DNA of 64,000 nt from Eledone cirrhosa (taxonomy: Eukaryota). The position numbers were made by a program, and so were the translations under genes. This document shows positions 12,083 to 25,833 of the stretch, piece after piece; positions within the stretch are counted from its first letter, which is position 1; each line of letters opens with the position of its first letter. The notes under the pieces were generated by a model. The model was given only the letters and a program-made list of their open reading frames with translations. It did no database searches and was not told the DNA's origin. The DNA lies in the NCBI GenBank assembly GCA_964016885.1, contig OZ024745.1, forward strand, positions 39,556,001-39,620,000. The letters run 5' to 3'.

Positions 12083-13500
12083 ATGCTAACCAAAGACCAT
12101 GTACCTCTGTCACTCAAGAACATTCCCATCCCATCTAGGAATACCTACGAAAGGTTGCTCATAACAAGCGTAAATTATTTTGTTAAAACATTAATGCGGC
12201 GTGCTTTCCACTACGATGGGAACCGGGATAACCCTCAGCAAACAACCCGGGTTAATAGGTATGGATTCAAGACATACACGAGCCCACCGCACAATAGTGG
12301 TCTGGATGGCTTTAAAAGCGACCTTCTAAACCTTGTGAAGGGTATTAGATATAGGACTAAAATCCATAGCACGAACCCTTTCCGTAGAGATCTTAGCTCT
12401 ATTATTAAGGGCTTCGAGGAAAATGCTAACATCCTCATCCCCTCAGATAAAATAAAAAACTTCATATACAGGGAACTCCACAGAAATTATAAGAAAACTA
12501 CTTATGGAAACCTAGACAAGATAAGTAAGAAAGGGCTAGAAATCGTTGAGACACTGAACCTGGAAAAGTACACCCAGCCTTTCACCCCTAAGCAATCCAG
12601 ATTCACACTGAAGGATCACAAAGAGTACTTCCTTAATAACCCCTCAATTAGGCTAATTAGCCCCTCTAAGTCTGACTTAGGGATAATAAGTAATACAATC
12701 TTGGACGCCGTCAATCCTGTTATACGAAGTAAAATTTACCTTGACCTATCGGGGAATACTAAGGAGGTCTTTAAATGATTCTTAAGCATTAGTAACCATA
12801 AGTCCCTGAAGTTCATCCACTTCGATATCAACTCATGCTATACCTCGATCTCTCCCATCCTTCTAAATAAGACCCTTATATTAGCTATGCAAAATAGTGA
12901 CCTGACTAGATCCCAAATTGACATCATCATTGCTGCCCGGAGAACTATCATCCTCTTCGAAGACCAACTTTGGACCCGGAAGAACACGCCGAATAACTTT
13001 GATGCCACAATGGGGTCCAGCGATGCGGCGCAAGTCACTGACTTGGTTGGACTTTATCTCCTACATGAACTGCATAAAAGATTCCCGCATTTCAAAGGCG
13101 AGCTATACCGTGACGACGCCCTGTTCACTATTGAATATAAAAAATATAATATAGAAAGGACGAGAAAAGAACTACATAAATTCTTCAAAAGCTTTAACCT
13201 TAGCATAACAATAGACATAAATAATAAAACGGTTAACTTTCTAGACGTAACCATAGACTTGGAAAATAAATATTTCGCACCCTATCACAAACCAGATGAA
13301 ACACTAACATACGTGAATGCAAATTCCAACCATCCTATACCCGTCCTAAATGCCATAATTAAAGGGGTATCTAACAGGATTAGCAGACTATCACATAATT
13401 AGCATGCATTTAGGTCTAATGCAATATACTATAATAAAGTACTTGTAAAGTCCGGTTTTAGAGAAAACAATATACTACATACATAATAATGCCTAAACCA
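12083..13500 (+). pseudogene. Penelope-like RT ORF with in-frame stops (12776, 13400); endonuclease not recognisable
   Basis: ORFs 12065-12778 and 12887-13402 are in the same frame, separated by TGA where the paralogues have Trp. Confidence 0.88.
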
Positions 13501-13923
13501 CCAGGGCCGGCCAATATATTGTAATCACACACAATATGGTTTTGCCTAATAGAAGCGGACACAAAAATAAGAACTACACGGGTAATGTAGGTGGCTCTGA
13601 CCAACCCCAAGGGACTCCATTTAACACGCCTCATGGGTATGGCAATAACACTAACACTAGGATAAAAGCTAGAAAATTGAAGTGTAATAGGAAAGACAGG
13701 GAAGCCTGTGAACCCCTCCGGGTAAGTTTACCACCCCAGGTTCTCTCTACCACAGAAGATGGGGTGTCTATGCCCAGGGCCAACTCTTTCCCTAGTACGA
13801 AAAATAAGAAAAATAGACGATGATCCAATTCCTACTTTAATCCACCTTACAACCAATGTACCAAAGGATTTTTCTCGATCTTGGACCCCCCCGGTAGTAA
13901 ATACCATAGTATCATCAATTGTA

Positions 13924-13975
<52 letters not shown>

Positions 13976-14439
13976 TACATATGGTACAATGCAAACATAT
14001 AAATATGCTGTGCTTTGATGCATCTATGATTTGCATTGTCTTATATTTCTTTGGGGTCTCCGGGCTTTTTGTTCCTTTATTGTTTTGTATTTTTATATTT
14101 ATCTCTTTTATTATCCCTGTATTTTTGAACTTTTTTATTTATTTTTTTATTATTATTTTCTTATTGTTTCTGATCATGCTGAGTAATGCCCTCACTCTTC
14201 CCTTGTTACCCTCTCCCAACCTCTTTATCATCTATTGCACCATTTAAGTGATACATTTTTGGTGTAATTTTTAATTTTTAATTTTTAAATTTTTAAGATA
14301 ATTTATGACGTCATGTGAATCATGTATACTGCCCTTTTCCATATAGCGCTGGCCTCGGGACCCCCTTGCTGGTCCTTTAACATTGTTCTGGTGAAGCAGC
14401 TCGATGGAGCATGCAACTACTGATATACTCATGTTTATA

Positions 14440-14486
14440 GGCTCTGATGATTCCTGCCATGGTGTATGGATGAAACATTGTTAGCT
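14440..14486 (+). ncRNA. Type I hammerhead motif at the start of the 3' pseudo-LTR
   Basis: GGCT-CTGATGA-T TCC..GGA T-GAAA-CA T TG-TT-AGCT. Confidence 0.65.
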
Positions 14487-17260
14487 AATAACACAATGTA
14501 TTTCTCAGTACTCTTTGGTTATTCCTATAACTATAACGGCTCTGTAGTATACTAGTTATCCTACGTTGAGCTAAAACCGCACTGTCATACCAAGGGCAAT
14601 ATATCTGCATGTCTGGGCATATGGATATATTTGTCAACGAAATATATATATTTATATATATTTATATGTTAACACTCAAGCTTTTGGTGATTCTGAAATC
14701 AATTACTGAAACGAAATAAATTTTGTTTGCACATAATTATTTAATAGAACCCTATGTAGATATTTATCCACTATCTATTTTAGTCACCATGACTGAAATA
14801 TTGTCAGAATGACATCTTTAATACAAACGTAATCGATTGGTAGCATTATAATGGTTCGCAATTTACTGTTCTTCTCTTATAGACTTATTACAAAGAGAAA
14901 ATGGAATAATAACAAATATTTTTGCTTATTTGGTTTGACCGAATGTGCAAAGAAAGTATCCATGACTGCATATTTAAATGATATATCAGTTTGATGAATT
15001 CCCGCATTTTCAATGCTATAAATAAAAGCAGAGTATCAAGTATGGTGATTATAAAACGATTTAATAGCCCAGCTATAACGTTTAGCGGTAGTACTGACTG
15101 AACAATAAGTGGAGGTATCTCGAACTGTTGCTAGTTTATTCACGTTCATCACCGGCTGTGGAATATTCAATATGTAAGTAATAACATATCACTATTCCTT
15201 TCAAACTCAGCTTTGGGACATAGGAACATCCCTTAGGTGCCGAAATATTTGAATGCTCTACCATTCCTTCTCTGACTATGTCATCAACTTTAGTATTACA
15301 CATAATTTTCGTAGACTACCGTATTCTAAATAACAATTACTTAAGAACCTGAAATTACTAATGTCATTATATCGCGCCGGCTAACTGAAAATAAAACAAG
15401 AATATAAATCGTTGTCTTTCGTGATATACATAACAAAAGAAAATTAATATTAAATATTAATGATTTTAGTAAGAAATGAAAATAACGAGAGTTTCAATTA
15501 AGGCCGTTTGCTTTTATCAATATTCCATTGGACCCTGAAATCCTGCCAGGTTTAATAGTGGGATGGGTATAGATATAATTACGATTTAAACCTAGGGGAA
15601 ACCAGTTTTGAACACAAACAAATTCTGCTACAGTAACTGAGTGCAACACAAGGGAAAGTAGAAAGCCTCTTGAAGGATGTAACGTTTTAATTACAGGCGT
15701 GTTACTACATTTATCGACTTGGAATGTGGATTGAGTAATTTAAGAATTATATGGGCTAGAAACCTATTACGATATATAGAAAATCAATATGAATATCTCT
15801 CTGTGCACTCTTTTTCTGGATGAACTTAATATAAATGTGGTATATAAACTACTTTTACCTTAAGATTAATTAAATATTATTTTACATAACGAAGAAGTAG
15901 AATGCAGCAAACAACTAATTCTGAGAAATATAATCCACGTTATGCAAAGTTTATTTTAATTATCATTAGAGAGAACCCTTTCCTATCTACTCCTACCCAA
16001 ATATAAACCATTTTTTTATCGTGAATATTCACATACATTAAATTACAAAACTTATGAAACTGATCAAAACTGCAAAAATATACCGTGACATGTCTTAAGG
16101 TATTATCCAAGTGTTTACTTAAATGTACATGTAGCCAAAGACGTTTTCAATTGAAGGGGGTTGTTTTTCTTTCCCGATGGAACAACAATACAAATAACTC
16201 AAGAAGTAATTCTTCACAGGCAACCTATTGTTGTAAATTTTTTGCATGTTCTAATAATCATTTTAATTACAGAAACCTTTTCCAAATATTCCATTATTTG
16301 TTATGTCATTGTCACAAGAAATTTACGTTTAACAGTAACGTTATTTTGAAATCTCAATAAGTTGTCAATTTTCAGTATTATATTAATTGTTTACGTAGAA
16401 ATACATTGGATTAATCTCGAGTAGGTTAACTTAATCACCATAGTCGTATATTCTACAAACAAGAGACTTTCATAGCACATTTAGGCTTTAAAGGAAATCG
16501 GATTAGTTCATTCACTACCACACCCTGTGATATAGTCCGGGAGACAAGTAGTTTGAATCTCCGCTTAACTGATTGTAGTGTTAACATATATAACATATAT
16601 TCAATGCAACTAAAAATTAGACGGAATATCCGAGATATTAGATCTTTGTTGAGATGTCATCAATTATTTACTTCGAAATAGTATGCAACACAAAAGCAAA
16701 CTTAAGAACCAACATATATATATCCAGTATCGTTTATTTTACATAAGCTTTAAAACAAAACCTCTTCAAAGATTTTGGATCTATAAGTAGAGTTATGTTG
16801 TATATGTAAGTAAAAACGTTCACGTATGTTCGGTAGCTCTGGATAAGGGCCCAGTGTTCATGTTCTTCACAGGCACTTAAAAACCATAAATAATATTTCT
16901 GTTGATCTTCCACTTAAATCCTTGGAGCGCTATTTTTGTTGAGAAGATTCGAGAAGGGAATAAGTTCAAGACGTGTTCTCAGAGTGATAATATGTTGTTT
17001 GATAGTGTGCTTGTCATATCTATATTTTATATACAAATATAACTTATGCATCCATATACAAACGCTCTCTGAATATATATATATATATATTTTATCTTAG
17101 GAACGGCTCCTAGAGGTCTAGAATTGTTTCATTCTTGCGAATGCATAGTTCTCCTTCAATAGAAATTATGTCTATAATTAAATGAATAGACCTACCCTCT
17201 GCTAACATATTGCTTAACTTTGTGACAGTGGTCGCCTACTGATTCACTTCAGTATCGTTC

Positions 17261-17342
<82 letters not shown>

Positions 17343-17519
17343 ATAAAAATGGTGTACAATAGGAGGCAACATGATAGTAGTACCACTGATGATGTTGCAG
17401 ATGTGCTACGAAAGGACTTTGATATATATATATATTTATATCTGTATTTTTAACCATTGATCAATCAATGATAAACATTGATTGCCAAATAAATTAACTA
17501 TGGAGATATAAAAGATACA

Positions 17520-17625
17520 TAAGCGAAAGCCAACCAAACAGTGAGTGTGGTTTGTTATTTCTGGCAATATTATTACAACAATATGACCCTCCCCAAGTAT
17601 AACAATATTTGTTTCAACACACTAT
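17520..17625 (-). repeat. Short interspersed repeat family L (other copies 34783-34870, 41370-41448, inverted pair 44761-44823/45027-45100, 55920-55980)
   Basis: Shared ATTGTTATA..TGGGGAGGGTCATATTGT..TAAT..TGCCAGAA..AACAG..CACACTCACTGTTTGG, usually next to TA runs. Confidence 0.65.
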
Positions 17626-18447
17626 TATATATATATATTTCTATTGTTTATGTCAACGGGAGACCTAATATGAAAGGCATCTTAGATTTACCAATCACGT
17701 CAGCCAGATCTCAGAAGAATAAATTTTCTAATGATTCTTTTTAACTCTTAAAAGAATTGTGTATACTGCGATGGAGATTCGTATGCTATTTTTAGCCATT
17801 CGAGCAATTCTATAGACCGGCTGTTATCAGTGATTTGAATTTATTTCTGAACATTTAAATATTAAACACGTATATTTGTTTTTGTGTTGTAAATCAATAT
17901 CCATATAAAAGAAATACGGTAAACATTTTAGAAGAAAAAAATTAAAGCATAACACGTATCTAATTAACTTATATCGTTTTGTGTGAATATTCAAAATAAA
18001 AGTGCAATAATACTATATTTATCGCATCTGGAGTATTTTTCTGTCACTAGATAATACGCAGCGCGGTCATACACATTCCCTCAATCTAGAAATACTCACC
18101 TTGTTATGTAGAACATTCAATGCTAATTGCTGATATAGAAAAGTATATCAACATCACCCCTGGAAGATGTTTTATTAAATAAGTTTTAAAAAAGTGAAAA
18201 GTGAAACAGTTAGGCAAATGCAATCTGATATAAAAACGAAAAATGATATTTAGATTGACCTTTTTGACAGAGGACAATACAATACTTAATGGTAAAATAT
18301 ATATATTACATGTTAATGTATCAATACATATTTAATATGCAAATTAATCATGATTTTCAATAAATAAGCTCAAATGGACCTTTGCTCAGCGTATCAATAA
18401 TTCGAATAATAAGATAGGTGTAGAACAGAGAGAGAGAGAGATAAATC

Positions 18448-18492
<45 letters not shown>

Positions 18493-18749
18493 CATACACT
18501 AACACACACACACGCATATATATATATATATATAATTAAGTTAAAGTGTACATCTATATATGTATACGGAAGTATTAGTATGCATATAAATACACATATG
18601 TATACATATGTACATGTACCGAGTTTTTCACTAGACACTTTACAGTGAGTGTCCAGCTAGTCTGTATGTAAACAGACGAACCGGGTTTTAAAGTCATACG
18701 AGTTTTCAAGGAAACACATTTCCTCTATTCTCTAGAGAGCCAGACAGGA

Positions 18750-18792
18750 ATATTGGACTAGTTTCGATGTTATTACATCTCATCAGCAATAT
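18750..18792 (-). ncRNA. Minimal type I hammerhead ribozyme
   Basis: Exact reverse complement of 19712-19754. Confidence 0.9.
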
Positions 18793-19216
18793 ATACCTAT
18801 CTTTCCGGCTTCTCTGGAGAATTGTAAAAGCACATATCGTTATATGCTTTTTCTATGAAAATCAGTAGTGGGCAGACTAATTTGCATAGAACGTGAGTCA
18901 TTGTACGCACCAGTTCAGCGGAAACGATAAAAACGAATAACGAAACGAAATTAAATTTCGTTTCGCTTCTAACTCACTTTTGTATGACTGACGCTTAAAC
19001 AATTAAGTTAAAGTGTACATCTATATATGTATACGGAAGTATTAGTATGCATATAAATACACATATGTATACATATGTACATGTACCGAGTTTTTCACTA
19101 GACACTTTACAGTGAGTGTCCAGCTAGTCTGTATGTAAACAGACGAACCGGGTTTTAAAGTCATACGAGTTTTCAAGGAAACACATTTCCTCTATTCCCC
19201 AGAGAGCCAGACAGGA

Positions 19217-19259
19217 ATATTGGACTAGTTTCGATGTTATTACATCTCATCAGCAATAT
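19217..19259 (-). ncRNA. Minimal type I hammerhead ribozyme
   Basis: Exact reverse complement of 19712-19754. Confidence 0.9.
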
Positions 19260-19603
19260 ATACCTATCATCGAAACTAGTCCAATATTCCAGTCTGGCTC
19301 TCTGGAGAATAGAGGAAATGTGTTTCCTTGAAAACTCGTATGACTTTAAAACCCGGTTCGTCTGTTTACATACAGACTAGCTGGACACTCACTGTAAAGT
19401 GTCTAGTGAAAAACTCGGTACATGTACATATGTATACATATGTGTATTTATATGCATACTAATACTTCCGTATACATATATAGATGTACACTTTAACTTA
19501 ATTGTTTAAGCGTCAGTCATACAAAAGTGAGTTAGAAGCGAAACGAAATTTAATTTCGTTTCGTTATTCGTTTTTATCGTTTCCGCTGAACTGGTGCGTA
19601 CAA

Positions 19604-19698
19604 TGACTCACGTTCTATGCAAATTAGTCTGCCCACTACTGATTTTCATAGAAAAAGCATATAACGATATGTGCTTTTACAATTCTCCAGAGAAGCCG
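19604..19698 (+). promoter_or_regulatory. Candidate internal promoter: TGACTCA, octamer ATGCAAAT (19617-19624), SPH/ZNF143-like TTACAATTCTCCAGAGAAGCC
   Basis: Motifs read directly; the octamer context ACTCAC..TATGCAAATTAG is conserved in the sister family (26678-26700, minus). Confidence 0.4.
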
Positions 19699-19711
19699 GA
19701 AAGATAGGTAT

Positions 19712-19754
19712 ATATTGCTGATGAGATGTAATAACATCGAAACTAGTCCAATAT
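19712..19754 (+). ncRNA. Minimal type I hammerhead ribozyme, predicted cleavage after GUC (19748)
   Basis: ATATTG-CTGATGA-GATG TAATAA CATC-GAAA-CTAG-TC-CAATAT: full canonical core, 6-bp stem I, 4-bp stem II, palindromic stem III. Confidence 0.92.
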
Positions 19755-20036
19755 TCCTGTCTGGCTCTCTGAAGAATAGAGGAAATGTGTTTCCTTGAAA
19801 ACTCGTATGACTTTAAAACCCGGTTCGTCTGTTTACATACAGACTAGCTGGACACTCACTGTAAAGTGCCTAGTGAAAAACTCGGTACATGTACATATGT
19901 ATACATATGTGTATTTATATGCATACTAATACTTCCGTATACATATATAGATGTACACTTTAACTTAATTGTTTAAGCGTCAGTCATACAAAAGTGAGTT
20001 AGAAGCGAAACGAAATTTAATTTCGTTTCGTTATTC

Positions 20037-20128
<92 letters not shown>

Positions 20129-20134
20129 CATATA

Positions 20135-20218
<84 letters not shown>

Positions 20219-20222
<4 letters not shown>

Positions 20223-20340
20223 GAAGTGGTATGGTAAGGAACCAGATGGACCATAACGCACCAGAGTACTCGATGCTTAGGGTAGTAGAGTGGGTGATAG
20301 GAAAATGTTTAACACCGTTTCGACGGCTATTTCTGGACTG
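20219..20340 (-). mobile_element. Solo truncated Penelope pseudo-LTR (family F)
   Basis: Homologous to 2553-2691, abuts (TA)n, truncated within HHR stem II. Confidence 0.85.
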
Positions 20341-20427
20341 ATAAAGCGTAAAACATGCCCTTCACATTATAAGAGACAGCGTGATTTTCTGAGATATTTT
20401 TTTCTGTTAAATAAAGTGCATTATATT

Positions 20428-20474
<47 letters not shown>

Positions 20475-20758
20475 TTTCAGCCCCATGGAATGTATTCCTT
20501 TGTTATATTTTGAATACCTGATGATGTCATCGGATTCATACTGAACCCGGTCATTGAAGTGATCATAATATAATAAACCTTTCAAGGATTTACACCAGTC
20601 CAGCCCCCTGTTATTTTATAATAATTAACTCCGTACTCGCACCATCAACTACCAAACGAAGACGGGTGTGTTGCATTACGTTGAGTGCTCTCCATAATAT
20701 TACATCGAGGTTGACCATACGGAATGACCAGTTCTATCCAGTGCTGAACTAACAGACC

Positions 20759-20824
<66 letters not shown>

Positions 20825-23044
20825 TTAATATAAGGCACTTTATTTATTTTTTTTAATATCCCAGAAAATCACAGCTGTCTCTAATAACGTTAACGTCCTG
20901 TTTGGACAAGCCTACTGACTAGTAGAATTATCTTGCTGCAGTGATCCTTAAATTAAACAGCTAACATCTCAATGGTAAACATGGTGGTGATTGCTACCAC
21001 ACCGCCTATTTTCGAAGATAACAATATATCATGGTAGTACTTACCGGTACTTCATATAAAGAAACACAAGACATGGAGAACATTTTGTGACGACGCTTAA
21101 CGATGCATGTGTAGCGACATCAAACATTTATCCCAGAACTGCGACAGCATTATCATGACTATCACAAATGATTTACAGACCTGTGACCAGGAAGTGATAA
21201 ATACAAGTTCTTTGTTCATGACCGCACATCATGTTAATGAATTTACTGCTTAAATTTATTTCACTATCATTTGCTTTAAAAGTGTAAAAAATATTTCAAC
21301 AACCACGATGTATAGAATGAAGTAAATTTATTTAGACATTTCCTTATGTTTTAATAATTTACAATCAGGTTTGCGATGTAGAATGAAAATAAAAAAAGAC
21401 GATGTATAAACTGTATAACCTTCACTGGACATTTGAAGTGTAAATCCATTTATTTTTTTTTTTTTGCCTGCCCAAATTATGAGACCATGCGTTTCATAAG
21501 ACATCAAATACAGTAGTTTAAGATTAAAAGCTCAAAGAATCACAAAAGTAGAATTACCCAAATTGTTAGTATATATCATGAAAGAGGGGAGGAGATGTCT
21601 CAACGTATCGGACGGAAAAAATACGTGAGGGTGGATGTGGGGATAGCTGAAAAAAAAAAAGAGAAACAGCTGTTTATCAGGATGGGTAAGTATTCGGGTC
21701 TGCTGGTTGGTTTTCCGAGTATGTGATACGCATCCAGACAAATCATTGACACTGATATGTGCATTCGCATGAGGTCGATTTTCTAGGAGTGTATGCTGTA
21801 TTTATTTTTGTTTGATTGTGTGTGTGCAAGAATCTGTGTTGTAGTGGTATGTATTTGGTTCACGAAGGGTATATATCGGAGAGTAGTAAATGTCTCAATT
21901 TTCGTGTATTAATTTATGCGTGTATGTGGCTGTGTGTGTGTTTGTGTTTTTGTGTGTGTGAGTTTAACATAAGTAGAGAACAATTTTCCAATAAATAAAG
22001 ACAATGAAAAAATATAATAAATAACATGTAATCTAGCCAGCACTCGGAAGAAATAGTTTGACACAATTTATACAATTCTGTGCTAAAGTCCGGGAAAGTT
22101 TACTAATAAAATCAATAGTTCATTCCGCATAACTTCATTTTGCTAATGTTTATGAAAAAATCGACCATAAATCTGCAGATGTTCATGTTGATTTTCTCCA
22201 TACACACCTTTTTTACCCTCCTATTAACGTTGGTATATTCTTCTTATTTCATCCCCCTCATCATTTACACTTCAATGATAATTTCTTCTCTTGTCATTTT
22301 ATATAGCACCTAGTAGATATTTAAACTTTCTCCAACTAATTAGTCTGCCCCAAAATTATATTTCTCTCTTCTCTCCTGAGTAAAATACAGTTATTCCATT
22401 CTGTGAACTATTTAAAATTAATATTGTAAGACAAAAATAAACATTATATCCCTCATATATTGCACTTTCACTATTGTAATATTATTGGCATGCAGAAAGG
22501 TAATTCTTCAATTTCCTGATTAAAGGATTTTGTCTTTGTTGTTGTTACCATTTTGTTGATTGGTTCAATTTTATTCCTGATATTGTAGACATTTAATTTT
22601 TTTTTAATGAACTCTACCTAGTTGCTTAATTTGCAAGAAAATGCAGTCAGGTTCCCTCATATTTTAGCTCTTGTTGTATTAATGATGGCTGTATTAACTA
22701 ATGAAGTCCTTGATATAATAAAAGATGGCATTGGATGATCATGACTGGAAAGTGTTTAATAATAGGTTTCTTTTGCGAATATGTCATTGTAGTAAATAAC
22801 TATACCGCATATTCTAGTGTGAAAGTTGAAAGCATATCTTATGACTTCAATAACACACATGTATTATATAAAAAATAATATATTTTTGTATGTAGTGAAA
22901 TAGCAATTCTATTATTATGGGGAGAAATCACGTAACGAACTGTTTTGTCTTGGTTCGAGTCTACTGGTTATTTCCATATTTGGACAAGTAGAAATATAAT
23001 CAAGGTCATTCCAGCCGTGAGAATTTCTATCTGTATTGTATTAT

Positions 23045-23132
23045 TGCCTTTCATCCTTACGGGGTCGATAAAATAAAGTACCAGTAATGTACTGAATAAT
23101 TACTGGCTTTGTGCCAAAAGTAGAAACAATTA
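23045..23132 (+). mobile_element. SINE, 5'-truncated
   Basis: TGCCTTTCATCCTTACGGGGTCGATAAAATAAAGTACCAG...GTAGAAACAATTATT. Confidence 0.85.
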
Positions 23133-23430
23133 TTTTAAGCATGTTTAGTTTAATATACATGATGTTTTTTTAAATTATTTTATATTTCTAAGAATTTGAT
23201 CAATAGAGTACAAGAGAATATCTGATTATGACAATGATTCCCCCAATTCATGTTTCTACAAACACTTCCGCAGATTGTAAACCATTTGCTGTCCGTGAAA
23301 TTAAAAGACACGTTTCTTTACGAGAAACATATGGAAATGATTTATTTCTTCTAGATTATCCTAAAGCTAAATATTCTAGGCTACCCGTCTTTGCACGACA
23401 GATGAATATACTACATCTAAATAGTATGTA

Positions 23431-24584
23431 CTAGCAGCAAGACCCGGCGTTGCACGAGGTGGGAAACGTAAGATCGCAACACTATATGCAAAGATTGAGG
23501 AATGTAGCTGTTTAGATTTTGAATTTCCTTATTCTCCGGGAATGATTGTTCATCTACTGGAAACGTAGAACACCTGATGGCCGAATCCAGTAGTAGCACT
23601 GTCAGTGGGCTGATTGCGGAACTTCTGTATGCGAAAGGAGTAAGTAAGGGTTGTGGGGCAACGTATGTCGTAAGTCTGTTTACGAATTACGTTACGGTTG
23701 GGGAACACACGTCAGTCTGAAGGAGCGACGTAGTTAATTGTGTGAAAACGGAGTAGGGGTGTACGTTTAAGTAGGGATATTGAAATGACGAAATAAGAGT
23801 GGCAACGCAGCTGCAGCAGAAAGGAGTAAGAGTGAAATTAGCACAAACGCTGGGCGGCAATGGTTGCACTGCGTTTACCCAGCAACAAAGTTGCGACAAA
23901 AGGAGTCTCCGCGGAATTAACACAACCACTGTTCAGCATACTTGCGCAGGGCGTTCATTCTGCGTGTAAGTGCAACAAAATGGGGTCTTAGTAGAAGTAG
24001 CAGAGACGTGAGTGTTACGGTGTCAATAAAACGGCAACGTACGCAGGGCCCGGATTTGCGCATGATGAAAGCACGAAACGTCAACAGGTCGCCGACAAAC
24101 ATTTTAAGGTTCTCCTCATTTCCTCAATCCTGCTTAAAAATAAGTAAGTGCTGTGTCCTCTGTTAAATAAACCAAATTGTTAACGAAATATTATACGCTA
24201 TTTACGATGTTTAAGTAGCGATTATATTGAAATTGAAAATGGCATGTAATTTCCAAAGCTAATTCGTACATTACCCAGAACCCATTAATAGAATCGGAAA
24301 TTGTTTTTGTCCACAACAATGCGAGGGGACTAACTAATGTGTGCTGTAAATTTTGAGGAAATCGGCTGGATTATTTTTAAGTTACGCCTACAAAAAGCAT
24401 AAGAATGCGGGTTTTCGCCTAATGCGCGCCCTAGGGCACAAAGTTAAATGTATTTAGCTCATTGCACTTGAAGAATTATCAGTAACGCATGTCTAAAGTT
24501 TGAGAAAAATCGATCGGGTACTTCTCGGGATTCAGGGATTTACACAGACATACAGACAGACATCCTCTGTTTCATATATATAGA
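23431..24584 (-). mobile_element. Non-autonomous Helitron
   Basis: Minus strand begins A|TCTATATATAT with (CTGT)n near the 5' end and ends in a subterminal hairpin (CCTCGTGCAACGCCGGG) then CTAG|T; related partial copy at 28968-29341. Confidence 0.75.
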
Positions 24585-24647
24585 TATTTGGTACAAATGG
24601 GTTATATGCATCTGTCAAATCAATTTGTGGTAAAGGTGGTGTATATA

Positions 24648-24950
24648 TGTATTGGTAAAAGGAAAAGGAAATACTGACAAATTGTTCCCAGTGAAAAATA
24701 GTTTAATTAGGAATAAGTAAAAATTAGTAATAAGTTTTGGTTAGTATTCAGTTTTAGTTATAAGTTTTTACCGGCTGCGCATTTCTAATGCTTTTCAAAA
24801 ATAATTGTGGGATAGAGCGCCCGTGATGTTTGCTCTAATCTCAGATTAGAAACCGAATACTAACCAATACTTATTACTAATTTTTGCTTATTCCTAATTA
24901 AACTATTTTTCACTGGGAACAATTTGTATTTTTTTTTTCTTTTACCAATA
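24648..24950. mobile_element. Fold-back copy of family G
   Basis: Arms are reverse complements; homologous to 27933-28310. Confidence 0.8.
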
Positions 24951-25203
24951 TATCACAACTCGTGTGTTACACCTCTATTCTCTTAAATATATATATGTGT
25001 GTGTGTGTGTGTATATATATATGTATATATAATATATATTTATATATGTATATATATATATATATATACACATACATACATACATACATACATACACACA
25101 TACATATACATACATACATAGTATATATATATATATCAAATAAAAAGTTCGCTCTACATGGCTAAATACAATGAATGTAATCTGAGTTTTTGAATATTAA
25201 TAA

Positions 25204-25382
25204 TTGTTTCTACTTTAGGCACAAGGCCAGCAATTACCCAGTGCATTACTGGTACTTTATTTTATCGACCCCGTAAGGATGAAAGGCAAAGTCAACCTCG
25301 GCGGGATTTGAACTCAGATCGTAAAGGGACGTAACTATGCTGGAAAGCATGGCGTCCGACCCTCTACTGATACTGCCAATCC
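25204..25382 (-). mobile_element. SINE, near full length, with TSD AATATTAATAAT
   Basis: Reverse complement of the 42101-42284 family; flanking direct repeat. Confidence 0.88.
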
Positions 25383-25833
25383 AATATTAATAATAACATT
25401 CGATTCGTTTGCAATTATGCAAACAAGCCACAATTTTATAGCCATGTCAGTAGAATGAACCCTTCATTCTTACTCTTGTGTTGGCATGTGAACAGAACTG
25501 CAGATACTAATGTTTCTGGGTATCACCCTTCATTAGTACAGCTCACTGTTCACCTGCCAACTGTCAAAGCTAGTGAAAATATACGCTATTTTCAAAAATA
25601 CACTGTGAGTGATAGGCCTTATTTGCGTATTAGCTGACTGGCTGATCAGTCAGATCTGCATATTAGCAGATCTACTGATCAGCCAGATTTGCATATCAGT
25701 AGACTGGCCAGTCAGTTTCGTGTATACAAGAGAACAAATGGCCGGCTTTGCCAAATTCAAATAAAAAAGAAAATTGTCGCTCTACAAGGCTGAATACAAT
25801 AAATGTGATCTGAGGTTTTCGAATATTAATAAT

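Larger units (their letters stand above)
11792..14645 (+). mobile_element. Penelope-like retroelement (Naiad-like), decayed, with ~195-bp direct pseudo-LTRs (11792-11987 and 14450-14645)
   Basis: RT motifs SLKNIPIPS, FTLKDHK, IRLISPSKSDLG, TMGSSDAAQVTDLVG, LYRDDAL, VNFLDVT, SNHP; terminal direct repeats; 3' end abuts TA repeats. Confidence 0.92.
18534..20040. mobile_element. Retrozyme-like element: 467-bp non-coding tandem unit with one HHR per unit, arranged as a 1.5-kb palindrome (minus arm 18534-19268, plus arm 19268-20040) inside (TA)n
   Basis: Period of 467 bp (18750 vs 19217; 19268 vs 19735); near-identical copies; arms are reverse complements; TA runs on both sides. Confidence 0.9.

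Noticed and set aside
12776-12778. In-frame TGA in the Penelope RT as selenocysteine or readthrough
   Set aside because: Aligns to a Trp conserved in the other two RTs (TGG to TGA), and a TAG follows at 13400
18534-20040. CRISPR array or DNA-transposon terminal inverted repeats
   Set aside because: Eukaryotic context, no unique spacers, arms end at different positions of the unit, and the repeat is a tandem HHR unit
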